A stretch of DNA of 64,000 nt. It comes from Candidatus Omnitrophota bacterium (GTDB lineage: Bacteria > Omnitrophota > Gorgyraeia > Duberdicusellales > 4484-171). The stretch's first letter is position 1, and every line of letters starts with the position of its first letter. Both the position numbers and the translations under genes were made by a program. The notes beneath the pieces were generated by a model. It did not search any database. It was not told where the DNA came from and saw only the letters and a list, made by a program, of their open reading frames with translations. The DNA is taken from assembly GCA_003154195.1 (NCBI GenBank), contig PMCS01000029.1, positions 24,142 to 88,141 on the forward strand, in the 5' to 3' direction. Below are positions 1 to 9,399 of the stretch, piece after piece.

Positions 1-449
1 CCCGCTCCCCGGCCCAGCCTGTTCTTTTGCCGATCGAAAGCTAAACCGGGGACAATGATTAAATCTATTTTTCCAATATCCAGTTCTTTTGTTTTCTCTG
101 TATCCGGCTGCCGGACGCCAAACGGCCCGGGCAAAAAATCACGGTCAAGGTCGCCGGCTTCAAAGGCACGCAGCTCTTTTTTAGCTGTGTCCATCACAGG
201 AAAACAAAATCTTTTAATCCCAATAGCCTTTCCTATCAACCCTAAAACATCAACTTCGCCCCTTAAAGGGAAATAAGCCATGATAACTTTTGCATCTTTA
301 TATATTTGTAATTCCGATAATATCGATAAAACATTCGCGCTCCTCCTTTTTATTTCTTCTTTGGTTAAAGACAGAAGCTTAGCCAGTAATTTTCCCCGTA
401 AATCTTTCTTTGCTTTGTTAATATCCATAGTATCGGCGAAGATTTGCAT
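1..449 (-). CDS. 5-formyltetrahydrofolate cyclo-ligase (MTHFS/YgfA family), partial because the C-terminus runs off the window
   Basis: Translating the minus strand from the ATG at 449..447 gives MQIFADTMDINKAKKDLRGKLLAKL...IDLIIVPGLAFDRQKNRLGRGAG. This contains the PGLAFDxxGxRLGxGGGYYD signature. A GGAGAG ribosome-binding site lies about 11 nt upstream. The ORF is absent from the supplied track because it has no stop inside the window. Confidence 0.7.
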   Translation of the reverse strand, partial: MQIFADTMDINKAKKDLRGKLLAKLLSLTKEEIKRRSANVLSILSELQIYKDAKVIMAYFPLRGEVDVLGLIGKAIGIKRFCFPVMDTAKKELRAFEAGDLDRDFLPGPFGVRQPDTEKTKELDIGKIDLIIVPGLAFDRQKNRLGRGA

Positions 450-755
450 AAGACTAAATCTCTCCAGAATACGGCAGAATAATCCACCTCACCCTGCGCC
501 CCTTGAGCTTGCTAATTCAACTAAGTCCGGAGTACCGGGCGAGTTTCATTACGGTGAAGTCTCATTAATATTTTTTATTATATCATTCTTTTTATTTTGC
601 GCAAGTAAACCCTAATCCGGCAATCCCGTTATCTTAAATACTCTATCTTCGGCAACGGGATTGCCGGATTAGGCGAATGAAAACCTACGTTTTTTCCGCC
701 AACGGCGGACCAGCCTAAATATTTATTCTTTTGTGGCGAGCAAACTTTCCCTTTT

Positions 756-3700
756 TTATTTCGCCAAAGCCCATTCGGCGGCGGAAGGGTCAAAATCGCT
801 TACGGCAACAATCTCAAAATCAAACCCCTCGAAAACGGCGGGATCGAAAACCACAGGGGAAAACACAGGCGGCAGGGAACGGGAAGCCGGTAAAACAGCC
901 TGAGGCTTTACTTTTTTGGTTTCGATATTAAGATTGGAAGGATTGAAATCAATACCTCCGGTTTTTTCTGGTTTCGCGGGAAGAACCCCGGTTTTTTCTT
1001 CGTAAAGCGAAGAAAAAGGAGAAGAAGCAACCATGCCTTCCCCATTAATCATCTTTTCGATTCTTCCCATTATTGCCGCTTCATTATGCTCTAAGGCGTA
1101 TTTAAATTGCTCTAATTCTCCGGCGGCAAACCTTGTTTCTATTTCTTCCCTTAAATCAGCCGTCTCGCTATCGCCGGCATTTAAAAATCTATCCCGTATT
1201 TCGCCATCAATAATGCCTAAGATTAAGTGCTTGAGCTCAATATACTTTTTTATAATTTTCTTATTAATTGCGTTAGCCCTCTTAGCTCCCTCTTGCGATA
1301 TCTCCTGGCTGATAAGCAATCCCATAAAAGGCTCAACAAATACTCTTTTCTCAAGTGATTCGAAAACTATCATCCTGTAACGTTCCATAGACCGAAAGAT
1401 ATGCGGCTCAAATTTTCCCATCTCATCCAATAGCAAATCATCTTTTTCCATGTGCTCTAAAATACTTTCCAGCACCTTTCTCCTGAATATTTCCGCATGA
1501 CGTATTTCTTCCCCTGTCACCGCAAATCTCCTCCACCCCTCATCGTTTAGAATAATAGAAATATCAACATCGCCCACCGCAGCCAACGCCACCCTGCCAT
1601 CTTGCGCCAAATACATGCTTGAACCGGAAACAAATACCCTATCAATAAGCCTTTGCCCATCACCATCCACCACGCGGGCTACCGCCTGATTAAGTACGGC
1701 ATTCAACCGCACCGGGTACAAGAAATCGCCTTCGATGATCGGCGACGCGGCAACCCGGCCATTCATAATCTTTTCGATTCTTCCCCTTATCGCTACAATA
1801 TTATCATTTAAGTCTTGTTCAAGCCGCCTTCGCTCTCCTGCGGCAAGTATTTTTTTGACTCTTTTTCTCAATTCAGCCATCTGCGCCGCATCGCCGGAAT
1901 TACGCGAAAGTTGTTTTTGCAGAACGCGCAGCTCCACAGTGTCACCCTCAACCAACCGCTTAAGTTCAGTGTATTTTTTAAGAAATTTTAAATCCCGCGC
2001 CAACGGCTCCTTGCCCGCCAATGCCCACCTTTCCGTGCGAGTAAAAAGATCCTTATCGGCCAATCTTTCTTTTAATGATTTTAAAAATTGCGTTTTATAA
2101 CTGCTGTCGGATAAAAAAACTGCCCCCGTCTTTGCCTGCCTGCTATCTAAAAAAGCGCGCTGTTTATCATAGCTTAATATACGCTTTAGCGCCTTCTCAA
2201 ACCCTTTTCTAAAAATGTCTGCCGCCATCGTTCCCCTATCCACCCTATCGATACCCCGCCGGCGAAATAAGTTTTTTTTCATCTCGCGGCCGGCCTTGTT
2301 CAATATAATAAAGATATCCTCGTCGCCTACCGCGCCTAACGCAACCTTGCCGTCCCGCGCCAGATACTGCAGCGAACCATTTACGAATGCTCTTTCAAAA
2401 ATCCTTTGCCCTCTAGCGTTCCTTATTAACCTTGCCGCACGGTTAAGCGCTCTGTTCAACCGCTCCGGATACAAAAAACCACGCTCAATGATAGGAGGGA
2501 CGGCGGGTTTTTCTTTTACTTCTCCGTCCCCCATTCCTCTTCTTTCTTCCCTCATCCCCTGGTCTTCTACAGGCGACCCCGCGCGGCCCTGCCCCCATTT
2601 TACCAAGGCCTTTTTTTCCCGGCCATCATCACGGCGCCATATCACGCCGCAATTTTTGCCGGATACCATCATTGCCGCTGCGCCGCCCCGGCCTTGAGGT
2701 AAAACACGCTGTACGCGGGCAAAAGGAAATTTGTCCTGGATTATTTTTTTAGCCTCGCGTAATATTTTACGCTCCTTCGCATTATTCTCATGGGTATAGA
2801 AAACAACCTGCAAGCTTGTTAAATCTGGGGGTAACTTTTCCATGACTTCCTGCACCGGGACACTGAAATCATGGCCGTCTTTATCATACATGCCCAAAGT
2901 AAAGTGCCCCAACCCGGAAATCGTATCCTTTTTATTTGCGCCAAATAATCCCATACCGGCACAAACAGAAATACCTTCAGTCGCGAGCCGCGCGTCATCG
3001 GGTGGATTGCGCGCTAAAATAAATTTACTCTCTTCCACAACATAGGCTTTAACGCCTTGCCCCAATTGCATGCTCGGCGCTGTCTCACGCGTAATCAAAC
3101 GATAGTTTTGTTTATCCACATCATAATGGCCAAAATCTTCCGGCAAAAAATCGAAATATTTTATTTCGGGAACATCAACAAATGTCCGCAACTCAGCGAA
3201 TAACGGGTTTTCTTCTTCATCGCCCATCTTCCCTCGCCCCGGGCTTGTGCTGAGCGAAGTCGAAGTGTACTCGCGAACCGCCGAACGAGAAAACGCCCCA
3301 TGAGACGCTCGGTCATCACCTTCTTCTCTGTTTTTTACAAATGCCGGCGACCCCGCCCCCCTCAACCGCGCCGTCACGGTTTTACCGCTTTCCATTTCTA
3401 CCGGCTGAAACGGCCGCTCCACCAACGCGCTCGACACTCCGGCTAAAGTGCAACCTCCGGAAAAATAGCGACGGCGGATTTGTTTTCGGACAGGGCTTAG
3501 CCCTGTCCCTACATATTCTTTTTTAATAATATTGTAGGCGCCTTTTTTGTAGGCTTCTAAATACTTTTGATAAACGTTGTCTTTAATCTTGGGATCTATT
3601 TTATCGATACCTTTAATTTTATTTTTGTCGATATACAGATTAAAGGCGTTTAGCCAGTTGGGTCCGTTAGACTCGTCCCCTTCGGGGAGGCTCCGCTTCG

Positions 3701-4694
3701 CTTCGCTCTTGATCCTGTTATTTTTTTCAGCGATCATCTGCTTTTTCTCATCTGCGATCATCAGCGCAGCGCGCAAGCGCCGCTTAAACCACGTTGCCAG
3801 CACAACCGCGTGATAAATCCGGCGTAATTCGGCAAACTGCTTGCCGTTATTCACCTCTTCCTCGATTGCCGGGACAATGATTTCGCGCATGATTTGACTG
3901 CTTAATTCGTTTAGCCCGTTAGGCCCGTTGTGCCGGTTTAGCCGGTTAGAAGACTTTAACCCTGCAACCGGCTTAACTGGCTCAACCGGCTCAACATTTT
4001 TCTTCATGGCAAGATAGTCGCTTTCAAGCATCACCTTCAATTTCGCTTCACCCACCATTGCCTTATCGCCATCGGCGTAAACTACCGCTTTATCCGGCAC
4101 AATCCATACCTTGCTGAAGGTATTGATTATCCGGTTACGGGCGGGGGCAAGCCCCGCCCCTACATTATTGTTGATCCTTTCATAAACCCTATCCCAGAAT
4201 TTTTTGCCCAAAGGCGATTCGGGATAGGTCAGGCTGGCGGATAATTGTTTTAAGATATAATCCTGGTTCAGCAGGCCTTCGCCCATATCGGTAGCATCTA
4301 AACCCGCGGGGATGACCCTATTTTGCTCATAAGGAGAAAGGTTAACCCAGAGGTCGTTTTCGGGTATAGTTAATGCAGCGAGAAAATATCTGATTAATTT
4401 TTCCGCATCCAATTTTAATTCTTCGTTAGAAGAATTAAAATTGCCGGAATCGATAATAAAATCTAACTTCAAAGGGTCACGGGGATAAAATTTAATACCC
4501 TTCAGGGTCGGTGGATTAAACGCCGGGCTTGCGCTGATAAGCGGATAGGCTTGCGGAGCGTTGACCAGCGTAGAAGCGGAAACGTTCACCCCCAGGCTCG
4601 TCGCCAATAAACAAAGCACCAGCGCCGGGGATACGGCCTTGATCAATAATAGTTTTTTAGTGCCCATCCTTACCATAGTATATAAATGTAACAT
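756..4694 (-). CDS. large secreted protein (1312 aa) of unknown function with a signal peptide and an internal duplicated domain of about 90 aa
   Basis: A long uninterrupted ORF. The N-terminus has a hydrophobic signal-like segment (LLLIKAVSPALVLCLLATSLG). Two paralogous segments are present: IIERGFLYPERLNRALNRAARLIRNARGQRIFERAFVNGSLQYLARDGKVALGAVGDEDIFIILN and IIEGDFLYPVRLNAVLNQAVARVVDGDGQRLIDRVFVSGSSMYLAQDGRVALAAVGDVDISIILN. A palindromic 9-mer repeat element lies in frame at 3908..3995. No family was recognised. Confidence 0.7.
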   Translation of the reverse strand: MLHLYTMVRMGTKKLLLIKAVSPALVLCLLATSLGVNVSASTLVNAPQAYPLISASPAFNPPTLKGIKFYPRDPLKLDFIIDSGNFNSSNEELKLDAEKLIRYFLAALTIPENDLWVNLSPYEQNRVIPAGLDATDMGEGLLNQDYILKQLSASLTYPESPLGKKFWDRVYERINNNVGAGLAPARNRIINTFSKVWIVPDKAVVYADGDKAMVGEAKLKVMLESDYLAMKKNVEPVEPVKPVAGLKSSNRLNRHNGPNGLNELSSQIMREIIVPAIEEEVNNGKQFAELRRIYHAVVLATWFKRRLRAALMIADEKKQMIAEKNNRIKSEAKRSLPEGDESNGPNWLNAFNLYIDKNKIKGIDKIDPKIKDNVYQKYLEAYKKGAYNIIKKEYVGTGLSPVRKQIRRRYFSGGCTLAGVSSALVERPFQPVEMESGKTVTARLRGAGSPAFVKNREEGDDRASHGAFSRSAVREYTSTSLSTSPGRGKMGDEEENPLFAELRTFVDVPEIKYFDFLPEDFGHYDVDKQNYRLITRETAPSMQLGQGVKAYVVEESKFILARNPPDDARLATEGISVCAGMGLFGANKKDTISGLGHFTLGMYDKDGHDFSVPVQEVMEKLPPDLTSLQVVFYTHENNAKERKILREAKKIIQDKFPFARVQRVLPQGRGGAAAMMVSGKNCGVIWRRDDGREKKALVKWGQGRAGSPVEDQGMREERRGMGDGEVKEKPAVPPIIERGFLYPERLNRALNRAARLIRNARGQRIFERAFVNGSLQYLARDGKVALGAVGDEDIFIILNKAGREMKKNLFRRRGIDRVDRGTMAADIFRKGFEKALKRILSYDKQRAFLDSRQAKTGAVFLSDSSYKTQFLKSLKERLADKDLFTRTERWALAGKEPLARDLKFLKKYTELKRLVEGDTVELRVLQKQLSRNSGDAAQMAELRKRVKKILAAGERRRLEQDLNDNIVAIRGRIEKIMNGRVAASPIIEGDFLYPVRLNAVLNQAVARVVDGDGQRLIDRVFVSGSSMYLAQDGRVALAAVGDVDISIILNDEGWRRFAVTGEEIRHAEIFRRKVLESILEHMEKDDLLLDEMGKFEPHIFRSMERYRMIVFESLEKRVFVEPFMGLLISQEISQEGAKRANAINKKIIKKYIELKHLILGIIDGEIRDRFLNAGDSETADLREEIETRFAAGELEQFKYALEHNEAAIMGRIEKMINGEGMVASSPFSSLYEEKTGVLPAKPEKTGGIDFNPSNLNIETKKVKPQAVLPASRSLPPVFSPVVFDPAVFEGFDFEIVAVSDFDPSAAEWALAK

Positions 4695-5038
4695 TAATCA
4701 GGTAATGATTGCCATAGAAAAGACGGGGGTTTCGAGGTATTTTGTAAACGGTTACATCAAATTGTTTCGCTATTTTTGCGAAACAATTTGTCAGGCAAAA
4801 ATAAAAATCAAGAAAAAATATAATTTTTTAAATATTTTATTGCCGCCGGCTTCCTTTATCCGCAAAGCGGTATTATTTTATTTTTACGCAGTAAAAATAA
4901 AATCTTGACAATAAACGGTGGAATTATACAATAATATCTTGAAACTTATTGAAAACATTCATTAATCTGCACTTATTGCTTACGGGCGTAAAGTACGCTT
5001 TCAAGCGAAGTGCGCTCAAACTAAAGGGAGGTGTCTTA

Positions 5039-5308
5039 ATGAATAAGGCGCAGTTAATCGAAGAGGTCGCGAAGAAGACTTGCACCAAGAAAGAAGCGCA
5101 GGAAGCAGTAGAATCGGTTTTCGATATAATCAGAGGCTCATTAAAGAAAAAAGACGACGTGGCGATTTCCGGTTTCGGCACATTCCGGGTAAAACAGACC
5201 AAAGCCCGCCAGGGAAGAAACCCCAAGACCGGCGAAACAATCCAGATCCCGGCAAAAAAGAAAGTAGCTTTTCGCGCCGCGAAAGATTTAAAAAACGCGG
5301 TTCTATAA
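5039..5308 (+). CDS. hup: HU / IHF-family nucleoid DNA-binding protein
   Basis: MNKAQLIEEVAKKTCTKKEAQEAVESVFDIIRGSLKKKDDVAISGFGTFRVKQTKARQGRNPKTGETIQIPAKKKVAFRAAKDLKNAV is a canonical 90-aa HU sequence with the GFGxF and RxGRNPxTGE motifs. An AAGGGAGG ribosome-binding site lies upstream of the ATG at 5039. The longer track ORF starting at 4949 is an upstream in-frame extension. Confidence 0.9.
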   Translation: MNKAQLIEEVAKKTCTKKEAQEAVESVFDIIRGSLKKKDDVAISGFGTFRVKQTKARQGRNPKTGETIQIPAKKKVAFRAAKDLKNAVL

Positions 5309-5408
5309 TAAAAATTTGCCGTAAGCAAATTTTTATCGAACAAAAAATAGAGCGCATCATAAACGATGCGCTCTATTTTTTTGGCCGGACGCCCGGTTAC
5401 AAACACCT

Positions 5409-7091
5409 TTAAAAAACTACCTTCCTAAGATTGACCGTATTGCCGGTTAAGCCTTTAATTACTAATTTGTTCAAAACATCCCTGAAATTATTTTCCGGTG
5501 TTATAAAATTTTCTTCAAAAAATTCGTACCGGAATGCCTTGTCCCGGCACGTTTCCTCCACGCGAAAAATTTTCCCCTCTCTCAGCAGCTTCACTAAAAG
5601 AATAATCCCCAGCGCCTCTCTATCTACCCTCGCTGATGTTAATACTGCTTTACTTAAATCCGAATTAAGCGTTTTTTCTTTTAAGAATATGGGAAAATTT
5701 TCGCTGTTAAGCAAAAATTTTCCCATCAGGCTTTTAATAAAGTTAACAATCCGGCAGAGGTAAACTAAAGAAAAAATACCGTCCCGGCCGATATCTTTAT
5801 CGAAGCAGGCGGCGCTGCTGCGAAAAAACAGGTAATCGCTTTCCGCGAAGGAAAATTTCTCTTTCAGCTCATTGAACAAACCGCTTTCGATTACGGGATA
5901 AAAAATACTGGGCCCAAGCATTACGTTTTCAGCGGCTAAGGATTTTATATCCCTGAGGCAATCGCCAAAGCGCTGGCCCGGCAAACCGATAATAAAATGA
6001 ACCGTGGAGGGAATATTTTCCGCCAGCCGGCCGGCGATGGAAAAAATATTTCTTTCCTGAGTTTTGCGCTTCGCGTTATTCCGCGGGGCGGATTGCGCCC
6101 CGGCGATGGAAAAATCAAGATGGGTAAGGCCGGCGGCGGAAAGTTTCCGGCATATTTTTTTAGTCAGCCCGCGGCTCAAAACACCGTTCATGAAGGAAAT
6201 CTTTATTTTCCCGGCGTAGCCGGCGATCAATAAATCCAGGAGTTTTCCCAGTTCCGGGTTAAAGTTAATGTTGTCGTCTTCAAAATTAAAATGGCGGATA
6301 CCCAGAGAATAGCACTCCTCTATTTCCTTAAACACATTATCGGCGCGGCGAAAACGAAATCTTTCTTTTATCGCGCAAAACTTACAGCCAAGACTACAGC
6401 CCCGCGACGTCAACAATGCCGCGGAAAGCATACCTTTAAAAATATACCGGGAAGAATCGATCAAGGAACGCTCGGGAAAGGGCAGGCTGTTTAAGTCGCG
6501 GATTATACCGGAAGTCCGGGAGATATTTAAGTTATTTTTAATTTTATAGCCCAACCCGTCAATCTTAGGCAAAATACCTTTCCCCGCCCCTTCGCATAAT
6601 CTGACCATACTCTGTTCCGCTTCGCCGCGAATAATGAAATCGACGTTTTCTTGCCCTAAAACAAACTCCGGCATTATGGCAGGGAACCTCCCGCCTAAAA
6701 CAACCGGTATTCTCTTGTCGATTTTTTTTACCCGGCCGGCGACGCCCAGCGCGGTATCGAAATAAGGCGAGAAATTCGAGGAAATTCCTACGATGCTCGG
6801 TTTGAATCCGGCAATCTCTTCTTCGATTTCGGCCCAGGACATGCCGAAATGATAGTAATTATCGAAGAGGCAAAAAGGCGATTTGTTCCGGCGATAATAC
6901 CGTTTAAGGTAGGAAAATTCTTCCGGGGTTTTCAGGGAAAATTTTTTATTCCCTTCCAGCGTATTCAAAACTTTTACGTCAAACCCGGCTTGTTTTAAGG
7001 AAGCGGCAAGATAAAGCAAACCTAAAGGATATGCTCTCTGGGGAGTAAAGAAAAAATCTTCGATAGGAGGGGCGATCAGAAGAATTTTCAA
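5409..7091 (-). CDS. B12-binding-domain radical SAM protein (class B radical SAM)
   Basis: An N-terminal Rossmann-like B12-binding region (MKILLIAPPIEDFFFTPQRAYPLGLLYLAASLKQAGFDVKV) is followed by the radical SAM cluster motif SRGCSLGCKFCAI (CxxxCxxC). Confidence 0.8.
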   Translation of the reverse strand: MKILLIAPPIEDFFFTPQRAYPLGLLYLAASLKQAGFDVKVLNTLEGNKKFSLKTPEEFSYLKRYYRRNKSPFCLFDNYYHFGMSWAEIEEEIAGFKPSIVGISSNFSPYFDTALGVAGRVKKIDKRIPVVLGGRFPAIMPEFVLGQENVDFIIRGEAEQSMVRLCEGAGKGILPKIDGLGYKIKNNLNISRTSGIIRDLNSLPFPERSLIDSSRYIFKGMLSAALLTSRGCSLGCKFCAIKERFRFRRADNVFKEIEECYSLGIRHFNFEDDNINFNPELGKLLDLLIAGYAGKIKISFMNGVLSRGLTKKICRKLSAAGLTHLDFSIAGAQSAPRNNAKRKTQERNIFSIAGRLAENIPSTVHFIIGLPGQRFGDCLRDIKSLAAENVMLGPSIFYPVIESGLFNELKEKFSFAESDYLFFRSSAACFDKDIGRDGIFSLVYLCRIVNFIKSLMGKFLLNSENFPIFLKEKTLNSDLSKAVLTSARVDREALGIILLVKLLREGKIFRVEETCRDKAFRYEFFEENFITPENNFRDVLNKLVIKGLTGNTVNLRKVVF

Positions 7092-7250
7092 GGGCGATTT
7101 ATTTTGAGTGAACTGCCACCTTTGTCCGCCCTCGGCGGCATCCCGTCATAGGCGGTGAACAGCGGCAATTTTCTGCGGAAAAATAAAAAAATGAGCCGTA
7201 AACCATCGACATCCGATAATTACCTTATGGCTTACGGCTCATTAATTTAA

Positions 7251-7898
7251 TCATTTCACTAAATCATCGATCTCAACCGCATACCCTTTTTGAAAATTTA
7301 TTTCGGGCACCTCGACACGGGAACCATCGCGTTCCAAACCGCTCAAAGTAAGAGACATGGCCTCTTCCGGCGAAGGCGGGTATATTTCAAATTTTAAAAG
7401 CACGCCGGACCACTTTCCTTTCTCCAGCTCCAGAGCCGAACTCAGCGGTGCCGCAGAAAAGTTACTATTGTCCAGAAAAGCTTTCTTGAAATCCTTAAAA
7501 CAGAATAAACTGGTAAGGTATACTTCCCTGTCGTATTCCGGGCCATAACTGGCAACGGGTTTTAATGTCTTGCCGTAAGCATTTAATTCTACCCCCGAAG
7601 GGTCGAAAGAAAAACCACTGGCCTTAGGTAAAAATGCCATTTCCACGAAAAACGCGTGTTCTACCGGGCCGTCAAATCTTTTAGGGATTTTGAAACCAAA
7701 TAATATCGCGGAAGCATTGACATCGAAATTATACGGCTTGATGGTCATCCGTAAACCAGGCATGATAATATTGCCGTCGTCTTTAACCTTAATATTGCCC
7801 GACACGTAAGGCTTGGGCCGGCTTACGTCAAAACGAGTGGTCATACATCCCGAAAAAAACAAAACAGCAAAAACTAAAAAAATGGCCTTTTTCATCAT
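7251..7898 (-). CDS. hypothetical lipoprotein
   Basis: MMKKAIFLVFAVLFFSGC is a lipobox-type signal peptide. A hairpin terminator lies downstream at about 7190..7245. Confidence 0.55.
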   Translation of the reverse strand: MMKKAIFLVFAVLFFSGCMTTRFDVSRPKPYVSGNIKVKDDGNIIMPGLRMTIKPYNFDVNASAILFGFKIPKRFDGPVEHAFFVEMAFLPKASGFSFDPSGVELNAYGKTLKPVASYGPEYDREVYLTSLFCFKDFKKAFLDNSNFSAAPLSSALELEKGKWSGVLLKFEIYPPSPEEAMSLTLSGLERDGSRVEVPEINFQKGYAVEIDDLVK

Positions 7899-8117
7899 CT
7901 TATCCTCCTCAAGAAAAATTTGCCCGAAGGGAAAATTTTTCTTGATCCCGAAGCAGCAAGCCGAGGGATCTTATATGAAATGATTTCCTATAATTATAAA
8001 TGAACCTGCTTTTCCCTGTATCCTCGAAGGTACCTATAACTGTTAGGGTATAATTTTTTAATATGCATAAAAAGAAACAGTATTAATATACTCTTATCCT
8101 TTAAAAAATCAAGTTTT

Positions 8118-9248
8118 TTATATTTTTCTCAATTTCGCCACGAAAAATCCCTCCATATATGCGTTAGGGATAATCCGGCGGCATAGATGCAAAGGCGCGC
8201 TGCTTTTTAGGCCGCGCCAACCGGTTAAACCGCGGCAAGAGTTTTTTAACGGCGTTTCTATCGGCAGGATCTCCAACCTATCCTTAAATTTATCCACGAA
8301 CCAATCGATTACGCCTTCGTTTTCTTCCGGCGAAAAGGTGCAGGTCGAATAAACCAGCTCGCCGCCTTGTTTCAGGGCGAAGAATGCCGCGGCCAGGAGC
8401 TTTTTCTGCGTATGCACCATCTCTTTAACCTTATTCGGTCGCCAGTATTTAAAAGTTTTTGGTTCGGCTACCCAGAACCGGCCTTCGGCGGAACAGGGCG
8501 CGTCGACCAGAATCTTATCGAAATATTCGGGAAATTTCTTCCGCACCCACATCCCGTCGATCAACATCACCCGCACCCGGGGGATACCATCGTAAACCTC
8601 TCCGGACGCATCATCTTCGACCGGTGAGAATTCCTGTTCGTCGGCGTCGCCGGGGTATTCTTCGCCGGCGCCATCACTGCCATCGCCTTCATCTTCCCGG
8701 CTATCATGCGCATAATCGGGGATCTTGTGGGGATAACGCTCTTCGTAATAACCGCCAATTCGTACCGCTTCGATGCCCTGGATCTTTAAATTAGCCAGAA
8801 GCTTATAGTAGCGGATACGATTCTTTTCTATCGCCACGACATTGCTTCTGGGCGCCAGCGATATGATCTGAGTAGTTTTGGTGCCGGGGGCGGCGCAAAG
8901 ATCAAGAATTTTTTCGCCGTTTTGCGGGTTGAGGATAACCGGGGGAAGCATGCTGGAAACATTCTGGATATAAACACAACCGTTTAAATAAAAACTGGTT
9001 TTTTGGAAATCTCTCAGGGGAGTATTTAATAAAAAAGCTCCTGCGGGATAAGGCAATTCCTGAAAACGTATCCCCTGGCGTAAAAGTTCTTTCTTCAAAG
9101 TAACCAGGTCTATTTTTAAAAAATTAGGCCGGAAGGAACTTAATTTTTTATCCAGGAAAGATTCCAGAATAGTGTTGAAATTAGCCGGATAAATATCCTG
9201 CATTTTTTCGATGAACCCGCGAGGTAGTCGGTAAATAGTTTCTTTCAT
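8118..9248 (-). CDS. NOL1/NOP2/Sun-family RNA cytosine-C5 methyltransferase (RsmB/RsmF-like)
   Basis: The SAM-binding motif LDLCAAPGTKTTQI and the catalytic motifs DKILVDAPCSAEG and TCT are present. It contains an unusual acidic low-complexity insertion (SREDEGDGSDGAGEEYPGDADEQEFSPVEDDASGE). Confidence 0.8.
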   Translation of the reverse strand: MKETIYRLPRGFIEKMQDIYPANFNTILESFLDKKLSSFRPNFLKIDLVTLKKELLRQGIRFQELPYPAGAFLLNTPLRDFQKTSFYLNGCVYIQNVSSMLPPVILNPQNGEKILDLCAAPGTKTTQIISLAPRSNVVAIEKNRIRYYKLLANLKIQGIEAVRIGGYYEERYPHKIPDYAHDSREDEGDGSDGAGEEYPGDADEQEFSPVEDDASGEVYDGIPRVRVMLIDGMWVRKKFPEYFDKILVDAPCSAEGRFWVAEPKTFKYWRPNKVKEMVHTQKKLLAAAFFALKQGGELVYSTCTFSPEENEGVIDWFVDKFKDRLEILPIETPLKNSCRGLTGWRGLKSSAPLHLCRRIIPNAYMEGFFVAKLRKI

Positions 9249-9399
9249 GGTGGCTTTTCATTCTCCCGGCGATTTATAATTGAACAAAATTTGAGATAAT
9301 GCCCCTTATGAGCAATCTCGAAAATTACCCCGATCAACCCTTTGATTCTTCTTCACTTAGCTCAAGATTAATTTTTCCGGCTGTATTCCGCCGGAAAAA

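Noticed and set aside
1033-2697. Plus-strand ORFs (1033..1380, 1735..2100, 2215..2697 and others) inside the 1312-aa minus-strand gene
   Set aside because: They are antisense to a long, coherent ORF. The compositions are low-complexity or serine- and proline-rich, with no motifs. They are the typical shadow ORFs of a GC-moderate coding region.
7092-7190. Cobalamin riboswitch in the 5' UTR of the B12-radical SAM gene
   Set aside because: No B12-box (GCCACUG) or the characteristic conserved stems were seen on the sense strand, only a generic GC hairpin.
8459-8794. Arginine-rich 111-aa ORF on the plus strand (8459..8794)
   Set aside because: It is the antisense shadow of the acidic D/E-rich insertion in the RsmB-like gene. 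The arginine richness is the mirror of the GAA/GAT codons.
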